DNA of 64,000 nucleotides from a virus (lineage: Duplodnaviria > Heunggongvirae > Uroviricota > Caudoviricetes), in IMG/VR virus record IMGVR_UViG_2721755712_000001. The stretch is one strand, 5' to 3'. The notes beneath the pieces were generated by a model, which was given only the letters and a program-made list of their open reading frames with translations, did no database searches and was not told the origin of the DNA. Of this stretch, positions 20,381-29,663 are shown piece after piece. The translations under genes were made by a program, and so were the position numbers. Position 1 is the first letter of the stretch; each line of letters opens with the position of its first letter.

Positions 20381-21025
20381 TTACAGCGCGTCAGTGGGCT
20401 TTTTACGCGCTGCATTTATGCTTATGACGCCAGCTTTAGGACGTGGATCGACAAGGTTCAGTTCTTCTTCGCTATGGTATTCAAGGTCGAACTCACGTTT
20501 TACATGTCTGATGTAGATTGCAGTGAGCAGGCTATCTTTGGTCAGGAAGTGTCCGTAGGATTTGCGGATCACTTCTTCAACCTTCTCGATTTTCTCACCA
20601 CCCATGCAGAGGTGATTAAACCGGCTGTGTTTCCGCAACATCTCGTCAACTGGGCCTGAGTAAACCTTGTCTACTTTCCCAAAACGAATGATTTTTCCTG
20701 TATCTGCGGATACAAGGCAAATCAGTTTGTCTGGTGATAAACGATCTCGCCACGTTACTCCTGAACGGAGTGTGTTGAAGTAGGGCGCATCCAATCCGAT
20801 GATCGGTTTACGAAATGCGAGCAATGGAACGTACCTGATACAACTATTCAAATGAAAGTTCACACCAGCCTTATCAAGTTTAATTCTGGTTTCGTAGATC
20901 GGGCACTTCGCCGCTATACCGCAGATATCACAAAGTAACTTCTGCTTATTCAGGTTGGAATTTGATTCGATAGTGTAGGAGCCGTCCTCAAGACGACGAA
21001 CCCAGCGCGTGCGTTTTAGATCCAT
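20381..21025 (-). CDS. hypothetical protein
   Basis: 214-aa ORF. Confidence 0.45.
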   Translation of the reverse strand: MDLKRTRWVRRLEDGSYTIESNSNLNKQKLLCDICGIAAKCPIYETRIKLDKAGVNFHLNSCIRYVPLLAFRKPIIGLDAPYFNTLRSGVTWRDRLSPDKLICLVSADTGKIIRFGKVDKVYSGPVDEMLRKHSRFNHLCMGGEKIEKVEEVIRKSYGHFLTKDSLLTAIYIRHVKREFDLEYHSEEELNLVDPRPKAGVISINAARKKPTDAL

Positions 21026-21099
21026 AATCGTTTTTTCAGTAGTTATTGGCCGATGCTACGATAACTCATTAGGCATACCTTAATCTGCATTTGCCTGTT

Positions 21100-21768
21100 T
21101 TACTTATCCCAGTTATCCACTGGATAGATCCAAATAAGAGATCCCAAGTAAGATCAAATAGAAGATCCAAAGAGATCCCCGATCGCCTCTAGCCGTTGCG
21201 GTTACTGGTCTGAAAGGGTGTTGCCATCCACTATGGAGAGCAAAGAAACCTCTGTAGAGAGCTGAATAACCGCTATGAAGAGTAAAACAACCACTCTGGA
21301 GAGCTGTATATATCCACTGTAGAGAGTAGAGCACATTGTCTTTTATGGATAACTTAATGACTTAATTCTTCATTAACATACTGATATACATAGATATATT
21401 TTAAACTCTACTCTTAGTCATGATTCTTATGTCCTTAAATATCCACAGAAGAGTAGAGTTACCTGTTCTTGAAATCCTCTGATTTTTATCCACAGGCCCG
21501 ATCCAGTAATTCAGATCACAAAGAGAACCAAAGAGACCCATAAAGACCCAATAAGATCCCCGCCCACCTCAAACCGTTGTGCCATCTGCCTTCAGACATG
21601 ATCGATATCCACTATAGAGAGCGAATAATCCACTATAGGGAGCAAAGCAACCACTATAGAGAGGAGAAAAACCACTATAGACGGTAGGATAACCGCTGTG
21701 ATGAGTGCTACTATCCACTGTAATCAGCAAAGGCCACCAAAGCCGTCGAATAACAAGAGACATTTGGA
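21100..21768. promoter_or_regulatory. candidate replication origin: DnaA boxes, GATC cluster, AT-rich stretch, about 11 iterons
   Basis: TTATCCACA at 21486..21494 plus two 8/9 matches; six GATC within 21113..21180; iterons of form ATCCACTATAGAGAGC. Confidence 0.7.
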
Positions 21769-22824
21769 ATGAGCGAAAACGGCAATAAAAACATAGCGAT
21801 CGTTGAAGCATTTTCAGAAACAGATAAAAAGACAGGCGAAGTTGTTACGTTGGTTCCTAACACTAATAACACTGTTCAGCCTGTTGCTTTGATGCGTCTG
21901 GGCCTCTTCGTTCCGACGCTGAAATCGACATCCAGAGGAAGAAAGGGGCAAATGGTCTCTATGGATGCCTCTGCTGAACTCAAACAGCTGTCTCTGGCAA
22001 AAGCCGAAGGGTACGAAGACATAAGGATCTCTGGCCTTCGGCTTGATATGGATAACGACTTTAAAACGTGGGTGGGAATAATCCACGCGTTTGCCAAACA
22101 CAAGGTCGTTGGCGATACTGTCACGTTGCCGTTCGTTGAGTTTGTAAGGCTGTGTGGCATTCCGACCGCCAGGTCATCAGCGAAGTTACGCAAACGCCTG
22201 GACAGTTCGCTAAGCCGTATTGCCACAAATACCATCTCGTTCCGTAGCAAAGGCTCTGATGAGTTTTACGTAACGCATCTTGTGCAAACGGCAAAATATA
22301 GTGTCAAGCACGATACGGTCGAACTGAAAGCAGATCCCAAGATTTTCGAACTCTACCAGTTCGACAAAAAGGTTCTTCTGCAACTCCGGGCTATAAACGA
22401 ACTCTCAAGAAAAGAATCCGCTCAGGCGCTTTATACTTTTATTGAAAGTTTGCCGCCTGATCCGGCACCAATATCACTAGCCCGTTTACGCGCCAGACTT
22501 AATCTGACAAGTCGCACTATTACTCAGAATGCGACGGTAAGAAAGGCTATGGAACAGCTGCGAGAGATAGGATATCTCGATTACACGGAAGTTAAGCGCG
22601 GAAACTCGGTCTACTTCGTCATCCACTATAGGCGGCCAAAGTTACGCCAGGCACAAATATCAACAAAAATCGATAATGATGAGACGGAATATAGCCTCCC
22701 AGATGAGAATCAAGATGACATTATCGACGTTGTGCCTGACGAAAAAGAAGGCAAAATGGTCATGTTGAGTAAAGAAGAACTGGCGCTTCTCGAAGAGTTG
22801 CGCAAGGCAAAGACTCGCAAATAG
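21769..22824 (+). CDS. repA: replication initiator (iteron-binding Rep)
   Basis: 351-aa plus-strand ORF flanked on both sides by iteron arrays; call rests on context. Confidence 0.7.
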   Translation: MSENGNKNIAIVEAFSETDKKTGEVVTLVPNTNNTVQPVALMRLGLFVPTLKSTSRGRKGQMVSMDASAELKQLSLAKAEGYEDIRISGLRLDMDNDFKTWVGIIHAFAKHKVVGDTVTLPFVEFVRLCGIPTARSSAKLRKRLDSSLSRIATNTISFRSKGSDEFYVTHLVQTAKYSVKHDTVELKADPKIFELYQFDKKVLLQLRAINELSRKESAQALYTFIESLPPDPAPISLARLRARLNLTSRTITQNATVRKAMEQLREIGYLDYTEVKRGNSVYFVIHYRRPKLRQAQISTKIDNDETEYSLPDENQDDIIDVVPDEKEGKMVMLSKEELALLEELRKAKTRK

Positions 22825-22829
22825 CCCAA

Positions 22830-23300
22830 CCACTGTAGTTAGTAGTAAGGCTCACTATCCACTGTAGTGAGCCTTACTTATATCTGTAATTCGCTATCCA
22901 CTATAGTGAGTATCGTTATCTGTTGATAACCACTGTAGGCAGTAGAATGCAAATACTGAATCAAATGTTAGTGATCACTAACACTGATGAAACAAGGGCT
23001 GCGAGGTTAGTGGTCACTGGGTATCTTGGAAAATTTACTGTCTATAGTGGTTGTTGTCGCCCTCATCTTTGAGCGTATCCACTGTGGCGAGTGGATATCC
23101 ACTGAAAACAGCAAAGGCTTACTCACCATAGTGGATACCCGCTGGACATCTCACTCCAATACTCACCATAGTGGTTGTTTGATGCGAATGAAAGGCTGTC
23201 TACTCGCTACAGTGGTTAGCAGATATGTAGGAAGAGAGGACTGCAGACCACAGTGGATAATGAGCTGATACGAATGCGGTGAGCTGGCTACTCACCGCAG
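22830..23300. repeat. downstream iteron array, both orientations
   Basis: CCACTGTAGTGAG / CTCACCATAGTGG repeated about 11 times. Confidence 0.75.
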
Positions 23301-23312
23301 TGGTTGGTGCTA

Positions 23313-23525
23313 TTAGTGTATTTTCTTCAACAGGCCCCAAAGTGTTCCGGCTTTTGTAGTCAGTTTTCCTGTTTCTGGATTGTACATACGCCATTCACGC
23401 CGCTGGTGGACGATATACCCATCTTCACGTTCCAGACGCTCAAGAATTCCAGGTTGCTTGAAACCCTTGGCACGCCAGTAGCCGCTTGTTTTCTCGATTT
23501 CCAGACCTGCCAGTGTTAATGCCAT
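23313..23525 (-). CDS. hypothetical protein
   Basis: 70-aa ORF. Confidence 0.35.
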   Translation of the reverse strand: MALTLAGLEIEKTSGYWRAKGFKQPGILERLEREDGYIVHQRREWRMYNPETGKLTTKAGTLWGLLKKIH

Positions 23526-23860
23526 TATCCAACCTCCTTGCAGTCATCGAAAAGGTAGCTTTGCTGAGAAGCGTGAACGCCATAGAAGCCCTTGTATTTG
23601 TTGTATACGAAGTGGTCTTCTCCGACGCCGGTTAATTTGCCATTACGATTTGTGAGATATGGGGATGACAACACTCGATCGTCACGCACAACATAGAACT
23701 GGTCGCCGCTGTCTACGACCATCGCTCCATATGGTGCTTTTATGACGTCGGTAAGAGCGCCATTCTTAACGTCGGCTACAGACATTTCACACTGATAAAC
23801 AGTGGTGTCGGCCACAACGATCGAAGAAAGGAACAACAGCGCGAATGGGATGGCCTTCAT
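23525..23860 (-). CDS. secreted hypothetical protein
   Basis: N-terminal signal peptide MKAIPFALLFLSSIVVA. Confidence 0.5.
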   Translation of the reverse strand: MKAIPFALLFLSSIVVADTTVYQCEMSVADVKNGALTDVIKAPYGAMVVDSGDQFYVVRDDRVLSSPYLTNRNGKLTGVGEDHFVYNKYKGFYGVHASQQSYLFDDCKEVG

Positions 23861-24036
23861 GCTGCCACCTCTTTGATTACATCAAATGCTGAATTAAATA
23901 CGAGCACGATAGCCAAAGCGTTTATGACTACGTCGTGCACCGGGGAAAAGACTTTACGAATGACACCAGTGAAAATGCAGTCGATGACAAAAGCTATTGA
24001 AACGATGAGTAACAAGTATTCAATAAAAATCTTCAT
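23857..24036 (-). CDS. small membrane protein (59 aa), translationally coupled to next gene
   Basis: Hand-translated ORF below track threshold; stop overlaps downstream ATG (ATGA). Confidence 0.3.
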   Translation of the reverse strand: MKIFIEYLLLIVSIAFVIDCIFTGVIRKVFSPVHDVVINALAIVLVFNSAFDVIKEVAA

Positions 24037-24075
24037 GATAGGTAGATACTAACTTATATAAATTTTACTGTAAAC

Positions 24076-24351
24076 TCACTCAAAAGTGCTGATGCTTAAA
24101 ATACGCTCAAGATGTTCGGCATCTTCATCACTGATTTGTTGAGTCTCTTCTACGTACCAACAGTTGCCGTTATGCCAACAAACACCATCATCATCAACCA
24201 TCACTGAATCAGCGTCATGACCTGTATATTCAACGAGAATACGCTGGATCAGCGCGTCAGTTTCTTCGTCGTTAAGGCCATCGGCTTTGACCATAAAAAC
24301 CGGAAACACGTCATAGACAGTGCTGGTAACGATTCGAACTAAAACTCTCAT
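24076..24351 (-). CDS. hypothetical protein
   Basis: 91-aa ORF with conserved start context. Confidence 0.45.
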   Translation of the reverse strand: MRVLVRIVTSTVYDVFPVFMVKADGLNDEETDALIQRILVEYTGHDADSVMVDDDGVCWHNGNCWYVEETQQISDEDAEHLERILSISTFE

Positions 24352-24406
24352 GTGTTTTTCCTTTTGTGGTTAGTGTTTACTTATTTTGTTAGTTATGAAT
24401 AGGCGA

Positions 24407-24832
24407 TCAATCTTCTTGTTTAGGGAAAAACTGTTCAATAACTCTGTCAACGGCTGTGTCTATATGGAGTAGATGCCACACAACCATATCTTTGCTTCCC
24501 ATGCCTTGTGTGAATATCACGTCATACTTACGCCATGCGCAGTGGAACCAATATGCTGAGTCATCAATTGGTAAATCCTCTCCCGCCTCTTTGAAGTATT
24601 TCAGCAGCATTGCTTGCTCTGCCGTTGGCGTTGGACCTATTTCCTGAGCGTACATACGGATGAATCGCTGCCAGTCTGTCTCGTCGGGGGTTGGATCTGG
24701 TGGGGTCATTTCTGCGATAGCGTTTCGTAGCTGATGCGCCCAATCAGGTTCAGGAAAGCCTTTTGCTACTTCATCATCAATAACATCCAGAGCCACGTTT
24801 GCGGCATCGTAGAGTTTCTTAATAGCTGTCAT
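24407..24832 (-). CDS. hypothetical protein
   Basis: 141-aa ORF; motif A upstream. Confidence 0.5.
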   Translation of the reverse strand: MTAIKKLYDAANVALDVIDDEVAKGFPEPDWAHQLRNAIAEMTPPDPTPDETDWQRFIRMYAQEIGPTPTAEQAMLLKYFKEAGEDLPIDDSAYWFHCAWRKYDVIFTQGMGSKDMVVWHLLHIDTAVDRVIEQFFPKQED

Positions 24833-24882
24833 GTTTTCTTATCCTTTTAAACAAATTGTTTTCTTAATAAGATAATTGCGAT

Positions 24883-24906
24883 AAAAAAGGCGTCCAACTG
24901 GACGCC
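24883..24906 (-). terminator. rho-independent terminator (GGCGTCC-loop-GGACGCC family)
   Basis: Hairpin plus T-run just after SPFH gene stop. Confidence 0.65.
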
Positions 24907-24923
24907 TGAACTTTTTAGGGGAG

Positions 24924-25754
24924 TTATTTCACTGTAATGAAAGGAGTGTTAGCCCCTTGAGTCATGTACTGCGGTAACTGGCCATTCCATTTATTGATGG
25001 CTTCCAGTTCCATAACGTTCGGGTTTTGACGCAGAGCTTCACCGCGCAGACGAATGGCGTCTGCTTCTGCTTGCGCACGAGCACGGATAGCATCAGCTTC
25101 ACCATTAGCCTGTTCACGTAGCATATTCGCCTCAGCTTTACGCTGTTCAACTTCCTGCTGACGTTGCAGAGTACGCTGGTTAGCCGTTACTTTGGCGTTA
25201 ATAGATTCAATGACGGTTTTTGGGTAATCAGGCTTTCCAACCCATGACAGGCTCAGTACCTCAATACCAACCGGAGACATCTCTTTCTGAATATCTTTCA
25301 GTGCGTTGTCCAGCAATTGTGCCTTACCACCGTCGATAAATGAGTCAGTGGTCATACGGCTGGCCAAACGGTTTAGAGAGTCGGCAATTTTCTGACGCAG
25401 ATCTGATTCGGTGATATCGTCTACGCCTTTGCGATAGGTCTGGAACACCGTCGTTACCTTGTCACGATTAACCAGATACGCAACGCCAATTTTGTGACCA
25501 ATAGCAGTACCGTCACTCATCTGGAATGTGAACGGTTCGTCGTAGGTCTTCATTTGTTTGAAGGTCGGGAATACGTAAAGTTCGGTGTTAAGACCTGTCC
25601 ATTGGCGACCAACGCCAACCACTTCACCAATCCCTTTGTCTTCACCTAATTTGTTTACTTTGATGCCAACGTATCCAGGCTCCACGCGATCACAGCCAGT
25701 AAGACCCATTGTGCAAATAGCCGCCAGAGCAACTGCAAGTAAACCTTTCTTCAT
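24924..25754 (-). CDS. SPFH/band-7 domain lipoprotein
   Basis: Lipobox LTGC after signal peptide; HflK/prohibitin-like core; C-terminal coiled coil. Confidence 0.65.
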   Translation of the reverse strand: MKKGLLAVALAAICTMGLTGCDRVEPGYVGIKVNKLGEDKGIGEVVGVGRQWTGLNTELYVFPTFKQMKTYDEPFTFQMSDGTAIGHKIGVAYLVNRDKVTTVFQTYRKGVDDITESDLRQKIADSLNRLASRMTTDSFIDGGKAQLLDNALKDIQKEMSPVGIEVLSLSWVGKPDYPKTVIESINAKVTANQRTLQRQQEVEQRKAEANMLREQANGEADAIRARAQAEADAIRLRGEALRQNPNVMELEAINKWNGQLPQYMTQGANTPFITVK

Positions 25755-25757
25755 TAC

Positions 25758-25958
25758 TTATTTCCCCTTTGCTTTGATTAATGAGTTAATAAACTTACGA
25801 CCACCAATAAGACCGATTACTGGAGCGCCAAAACCAACGAGAACTCCAAGCATGACGGCCAAATCACTCTTGGTAGAAATCAGCGACGGAACCAGTAAGC
25901 CATAGATGAGGACCACTGAAAGGCCTGTGGCTACTGCCAATAGATAGATTTTGATCAT
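25758..25958 (-). CDS. small membrane protein upstream of SPFH gene
   Basis: 66 aa, two hydrophobic helices. Confidence 0.4.
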   Translation of the reverse strand: MIKIYLLAVATGLSVVLIYGLLVPSLISTKSDLAVMLGVLVGFGAPVIGLIGGRKFINSLIKAKGK

Positions 25959-26010
25959 GTGTTTTCCTATGTGGTTGTTATGTGAAAATGATAAGTAAGC
26001 ACTTATATAT

Positions 26011-26033
26011 TTTCAAGAGATAAAAAAGGCGTC
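26011..26033 (-). terminator. rho-independent terminator (GGCGTCC family)
   Basis: GGCGTCCTGTGGACGCC plus T-run after recA stop. Confidence 0.65.
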
Positions 26034-26050
26034 CTGTGGACGCCTTGTGT

Positions 26051-28390
26051 TTACTCTTCTACTGACTCGGTGGGATTGTCTTTTGATCTCCGGTCGTCGA
26101 TTGCCTGTAAAGCCGCAATGATTTCAGCTAGTGGCTTCTCCCGATACATCTCGACGATCTGTGATTTGGTGTATTTCTTGTCACCAATTTCTACTCGACC
26201 GCTGGCGTTCTTTGGCAGGTATCCTTCTTCCAGCATGTACTCGACGAGCGACTCGATAACGTCGAGGCCACGAGTAGGATCGAAGTAGAATTTCCAGGTG
26301 CATTTGCCATACGGTGGTGCAACTTTGTTTTTGATGCATTCTGCGCCTACGTCCTGGCCGATCTTCTCTTTACCATCCTTCATCACCGATGCACCAAGAC
26401 GGATACGTACAGAAGCGTAGAACTTCGGTGAATCTCCACCTGGCGACGTAGTAGGGTCGCCAAACATTACACCGATTTTTGTGCGAACCTGATTCAAGAA
26501 GATGATGCAGGCGTTGTATTTGCGTGCCCACAAAGCCAGAGTAGGGAAGTTCGCACTCGTCGCACGAGCCAGTGCCGTATTGTCGTTCATGTTTAGCTGA
26601 TCTTTGTCTTTGGCTGTGCCTTCAGCCATCTTTTCGAACTTCTCGGCTTTGGAGTTCGGAACCATAGACGCAAGAGAGTCAGCCACGATACAGATAGGTG
26701 CTGATTCGGGGATAAGCTCTTCATCACGAACCAATTTAAGTATTGTGCCGATCAACTCTACAGAGTCTTCGAAGGTATCTGGCTGCTTGTATACCCACTG
26801 ACCGTCATCCTCATCTGCGTTCAGGCCATTGGCTACAGCCAGGCCAACGTCAAAACTGTTTTCATGATCGAGGAATACCGCCAGACCATCTTGTTTTTGA
26901 GCGGAGATCATCGCTGCTGTTGCAAGGAATGTGTTGTGGCTGATAATCCCGTTAGACCAGAAAGAGTGTGTTTCCGGCATCGCTACGTCGAACGTTGGTG
27001 CTTCACCTTCCTCAATAGCCACGACTTCGTCGTAGAACAAGTTAGAGCCAATTACCGCTGCCAGTTGTGCAAACAGATGCTCGTTAAAACGATTCTTTCT
27101 GCCAATGAAGGAGACATAGATTTCTCGCAGTTTGTCTATTCCGACACGATCGCCGCGGCCAATAACGTGGTCTACCAGAGCGTAGTCTTCACGGGTGGTC
27201 TTGGTGAGCGACTCGTAGAGTGATTTCACTAAGCCGCTGATGTGCGGAACATAGCCTGAGTAAGTGCGGTCAAAACCAATGTCCCGTTTGGTTGCCACTG
27301 ATAAACGTGCCGGAGATTCGAAACCAATCGTTGACAGAAAAAGGTCGTAATTAGAGCCACTGAATGACAGCCGGTAATATGTATTTTCATAACCCGCGAC
27401 GTGTTTTTCAGAGATAGTTGACGTAATCCCCAGATTCAGGAGCATGAGGCGAATTTGCTGTAGCAGCAGCCCACTCGCGCTCACAACCTCAATGCAGCGA
27501 CCATCATTGACGTGGCATTCCAGCTCAAAGTAGCCGCGAAGGAATGCAATTTGAGCCTCGCTATTGGCGCGACGCACACTCAACGGAACCTGCTTGCCAG
27601 CAGCTTTCTCATACTCCAGACCATATTCTTTAAAAAGCAGCGAACGCACCTCTTTGCTAAACAGCACATGGTCTTCCGAGCCGTTATGTTTTCTCGTAAC
27701 TGGCATCTTGTCTGATACCAGCGAAATGAGGCGGTAGTACTCATCCTTGATGAAAGGATCTGTGTTAGAAAAATTCACTGAATTTTCAGAGGCCACGTAT
27801 CCGTCAGCAATTAAATAGCCCATCAGTTTTGCGATATTGGCATCCAGGTGCTGATCGCCGAATTGATGTGTGCCAACCATTGAAGGAATCGTGTCGCCTA
27901 CACTGATTTTTTCAGCATGTCGCCAGACGACATTACCTAAGTCGTCAACCACACGGATTGGGTGACGGAACGTAGCCTCGATATAACCGCCTGATGCCAG
28001 CTTAATACGCTTGAATTTGCGACGGTTGTTCCATGTCAGGTGTGAGGTCTTCTCTATCACGCCATTTTCATTGATGAGTCCAACGTTATGCTCTACATCG
28101 CGAGTAGTGCATGTCGCTTTGTACCCTTCAATCTCAAACAACTCTTTCACTGTTACCATTCCACGCTCCGTCAGCAGCATGGTGTCTGCGGTAACACATT
28201 TCCCCGCGCTTGGTGGCCCGAATACTTCTACGATACGACCACATGGGAAACCGCCATCGTAACGACCGGAAATAGCTTTGTTTAACGGAGGAAAGCCTGT
28301 GTCAATCCAATGAGTTACTTTCTGAATTTCGTCGTTGCTACCGATTTTCTTTTTCAGAGCAAGTGCCAGTGCGGATTTTCCTTTTGCCAT
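26051..28390 (-). CDS. recA: RecA recombinase interrupted by an in-frame intein
   Basis: Exteins (64 + 293 aa) match RecA: GRIVEVFGPPSAGK|T and IFLNQVRTKIGVMFGDPTTSPGGDSPKFYASVRI. Confidence 0.9.
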   Translation of the reverse strand: MAKGKSALALALKKKIGSNDEIQKVTHWIDTGFPPLNKAISGRYDGGFPCGRIVEVFGPPSAGKCVTADTMLLTERGMVTVKELFEIEGYKATCTTRDVEHNVGLINENGVIEKTSHLTWNNRRKFKRIKLASGGYIEATFRHPIRVVDDLGNVVWRHAEKISVGDTIPSMVGTHQFGDQHLDANIAKLMGYLIADGYVASENSVNFSNTDPFIKDEYYRLISLVSDKMPVTRKHNGSEDHVLFSKEVRSLLFKEYGLEYEKAAGKQVPLSVRRANSEAQIAFLRGYFELECHVNDGRCIEVVSASGLLLQQIRLMLLNLGITSTISEKHVAGYENTYYRLSFSGSNYDLFLSTIGFESPARLSVATKRDIGFDRTYSGYVPHISGLVKSLYESLTKTTREDYALVDHVIGRGDRVGIDKLREIYVSFIGRKNRFNEHLFAQLAAVIGSNLFYDEVVAIEEGEAPTFDVAMPETHSFWSNGIISHNTFLATAAMISAQKQDGLAVFLDHENSFDVGLAVANGLNADEDDGQWVYKQPDTFEDSVELIGTILKLVRDEELIPESAPICIVADSLASMVPNSKAEKFEKMAEGTAKDKDQLNMNDNTALARATSANFPTLALWARKYNACIIFLNQVRTKIGVMFGDPTTSPGGDSPKFYASVRIRLGASVMKDGKEKIGQDVGAECIKNKVAPPYGKCTWKFYFDPTRGLDVIESLVEYMLEEGYLPKNASGRVEIGDKKYTKSQIVEMYREKPLAEIIAALQAIDDRRSKDNPTESVEE
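26933..28198 (-). other. intein (422 aa) with LAGLIDADG homing-endonuclease domain, in RecA Walker A between GK and T
   Basis: Cys1 (CVTADTMLL), block B TFRHP, two LAGLIDADG-like motifs (LMGYLIADGY, LRGYFELE), C-terminal SNGIISHN followed by Thr+1. Confidence 0.85.
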
Positions 28391-28392
28391 GA

Positions 28393-28665
28393 TCAGGCTC
28401 CTTTTGTTTCGTTGATTCGTTTTAAAGCGGCGGATTCGTTGAATACAATCGCATCGTGATTAAGGAGTCTGGATACACGAGCGAGGATTTTTACGACCTG
28501 CTCGCTGACTAATCCAAACTCGCGATCTGTCGCTTTCATTCCGGCAGCGCCTAGAATTGACGGCAGTGCGATGACAGCGTACTCACCGTGATAAAAGACA
28601 ATCTCTTTTGCCAGTTGGGTGGGGGTGGTTGTAGCGCCATTAATAATCGATTTAAGCATTAGCAA
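28393..28665 (-). CDS. hypothetical protein
   Basis: 90-aa ORF. Confidence 0.4.
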   Translation of the reverse strand: MLMLKSIINGATTTPTQLAKEIVFYHGEYAVIALPSILGAAGMKATDREFGLVSEQVVKILARVSRLLNHDAIVFNESAALKRINETKGA

Positions 28666-29603
28666 TACCTTTCGAATGGAAGAACAAACACTTCAAGGTC
28701 TTCAAGGAACGAACGGAAATTCAGCTCGTAGCACAGTTGCTCGAATGCTTTCACGTCACGATTGCCTTTGATTGTTTCGATTTCGGTAGGCGGAAACTTC
28801 GTCTCAATCAGGTTCATTAGCGTGATGTTTCTCTTGAACGCTTCGAGCATTCGACAGCCTGTTTTCTCGTTGAAGGCATTCTTCGCTAGTTTGTTGAAGG
28901 CGGTCTTATGACGCCCTTTATTAACCACGATTGAGCCGTCGTTGATGCCGCGTACCATCGTTGCGACACTTCCCCATTCATGCAGCAGCTCTTTCGCACC
29001 GCCAGCACCAATGCCACCAACACCGCTAATGTTGTCCGAGTTATCGCCTTGTAATGCTTTTGCTTCCAAAAATGCGCGAGGCGTGGCGAATCCTGTCAGC
29101 TCCGCAAATTGCTCAAAATTAACCTGCTTGTTTTTGGCGTCTTCACGCAGGCTTACCCAGCTTACGTTTTCACGAACTAACTGAAGCCAGTCGCTATCGC
29201 CTGTTAACAGATAGATGTGTTCAACGGTTGGCTGCGGTGCCATGCGGGATACCAGCAGCCCGGCCAGATCATCCGCTTCTGCATCTTTTGCAATGAGTTG
29301 GGTAACTCCAAGCGCGGTCATCATTTTGAGGATGTATGGCTTCTGGATAGCAAAGCCTTCCTTCATCTTTTTCATATCAGGATCGTCGTCGCGATTTGCT
29401 TTGTAGTCCGGGTAAAAGTCGCGACGCTTGTCACTAAATCCATCCCAAAGAATCATAGGTCGGGCATGGAGGATGGAGGCATAACGACGGACGTTCTTAA
29501 CAAAGCCGAAAGCAGCCTGTACTTCCATTTCGCCGTTGTGCAATTTGTCAGATTGTTGGTGGTAATAACCCAGGCTATTGCCATCTACGAAGAGATAATT
29601 CAC
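28659..29603 (-). CDS. 5'-3' exonuclease / flap endonuclease
   Basis: LFVDGNSLGYY N-terminus, acidic metal-binding clusters, H3TH GVGGIGAGGAKELL; start moved to GTG after GGAAGGAA because track start lies inside a terminator hairpin. Confidence 0.8.
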   Translation of the reverse strand: MNYLFVDGNSLGYYHQQSDKLHNGEMEVQAAFGFVKNVRRYASILHARPMILWDGFSDKRRDFYPDYKANRDDDPDMKKMKEGFAIQKPYILKMMTALGVTQLIAKDAEADDLAGLLVSRMAPQPTVEHIYLLTGDSDWLQLVRENVSWVSLREDAKNKQVNFEQFAELTGFATPRAFLEAKALQGDNSDNISGVGGIGAGGAKELLHEWGSVATMVRGINDGSIVVNKGRHKTAFNKLAKNAFNEKTGCRMLEAFKRNITLMNLIETKFPPTEIETIKGNRDVKAFEQLCYELNFRSFLEDLEVFVLPFERYC

Positions 29604-29618
29604 CGGTACATTCCTTCC

Positions 29619-29647
29619 AAAAAGTAAGGCGTCCGTAGACGCCTTAC
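29619..29647 (-). terminator. rho-independent terminator (GGCGTCC family)
   Basis: GTAAGGCGTCCGTAGACGCCTTAC plus T-run after SSB-like stop. Confidence 0.6.
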
Positions 29648-29663
29648 TGGTCACGTAATGGGA

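Noticed and set aside
21113-22250. Short ORFs in the origin and iteron region (21113..21334, 21569..21811, 21814..22101, 21876..22250)
   Set aside because: They lie within iteron and GATC repeat arrays or antisense to repA; composition is repeat-driven
21100-23300. Possible CRISPR array
   Set aside because: Repeats are 13-16 bp with irregular spacing, occur in both orientations, flank a rep gene and have no cas genes; iterons fit better
28659-29654. Track start codon for the flap endonuclease at 29654
   Set aside because: The first 12 codons lie inside the terminator hairpin of the upstream gene; a downstream GTG with Shine-Dalgarno gives the expected N-terminus, so start set to 29603
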